From assembly GCA_964016885.1 (NCBI GenBank), contig CAXHJY010000921.1:1-47844 (forward strand): a DNA stretch of 47,844 bases, read 5' to 3'. This DNA is from Eledone cirrhosa (taxonomy: Eukaryota). Every line of letters starts with the position of its first letter. The first letter of the stretch is position 1. The notes beneath the pieces are model-generated. The model had not been told where the DNA came from. It worked only from the letters and a program-made list of their open reading frames with translations, and did no database searches. Positions 38,965 through 47,844 of the stretch are shown here, piece after piece. The translations under genes were made by a program, and so were the position numbers.

Positions 38965-39255
38965 CATAATATATATATATACGTATATACATATATATAT
39001 ATATACGTATATACATATATATATATATAAACGTATATATATATATATATAGTATATATATATATATACATAGCAAATAAATAAATAAATATATAGACAG
39101 ACGTATATATATATATATATATATATATACATAGCAAATAAATATATATAGATATATATATATACATAGCAAATAAATAAATAAATATATAGACAGACTG
39201 AACAAAAAAAAATGGCGTAGACATACAACACAACAGGAGGAACAATGAATATAAC

Positions 39256-39297
39256 ACCACTGACGATGTTGCAGATGTGCAACGAAAGATTTATGTA
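39256..39297 (+). ncRNA. Probable hammerhead with a decayed stem I
   Basis: CTGACGA-T-GTTGCA GATG TGCAAC-GAAAG-AT-TTA; same architecture as 32398-32442. Confidence 0.55.
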
Positions 39298-39513
39298 AAT
39301 TATGTAAACTATATATATGTGTTTGTGTCTATATTGTATCTGTATTATTTTTGACCGCCGAACAGTCAATGGCAACATTGAGGACCGAGTAAGTTTAGAT
39401 CGCAGATATATATATATAAAAGACAGCGAGAAGCGAAAACCAACCAAACAGTGAGTGTGTTCTGTTATTAATTCTGGCAATATTACGCAAATAGACCCTC
39501 CCCAAATATAACC

Positions 39514-47844
<8,331 letters not shown>

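Overview
Eukaryotic (animal) intergenic DNA, very AT-rich, with no recognisable host gene. Most of the window is imperfect (TA)n microsatellite, with some (TG)n/(CA)n. Nearly all of the Ile/Tyr ORFs in the track are artefacts of these arrays. The complex islands between the arrays are almost all mobile elements. (i) A near-intact Penelope-like element (PLE) on the minus strand, 21593-30481, encodes RT plus a C-terminal GIY-YIG endonuclease, broken by one homopolymer frameshift. It has direct pseudo-LTRs and an inverted 5' copy. (ii) A second, 5'-truncated PLE. (iii) Two RTE-type LINE fragments, a CR1/L2-group LINE 3' fragment and mariner-derived MITEs. (iv) Many small non-coding elements, each with a type I hammerhead ribozyme. 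By manual pairing I find about 18 well-formed hammerheads from about 11 distinct sequence families, plus about 4 degenerate ones. Most have a palindromic minimal stem III. They occur as fold-back palindromes, as a 467-bp unit with terminal redundancy (circular-RNA/retrozyme-like) and as an element with hammerheads on both strands. The best candidate system is a community of ribozyme-bearing non-autonomous retroelements that target (TA)n and are mobilised by PLE RT/GIY-YIG (inference). The LINE ends resemble repeats I recall from octopus genomes (tentative).
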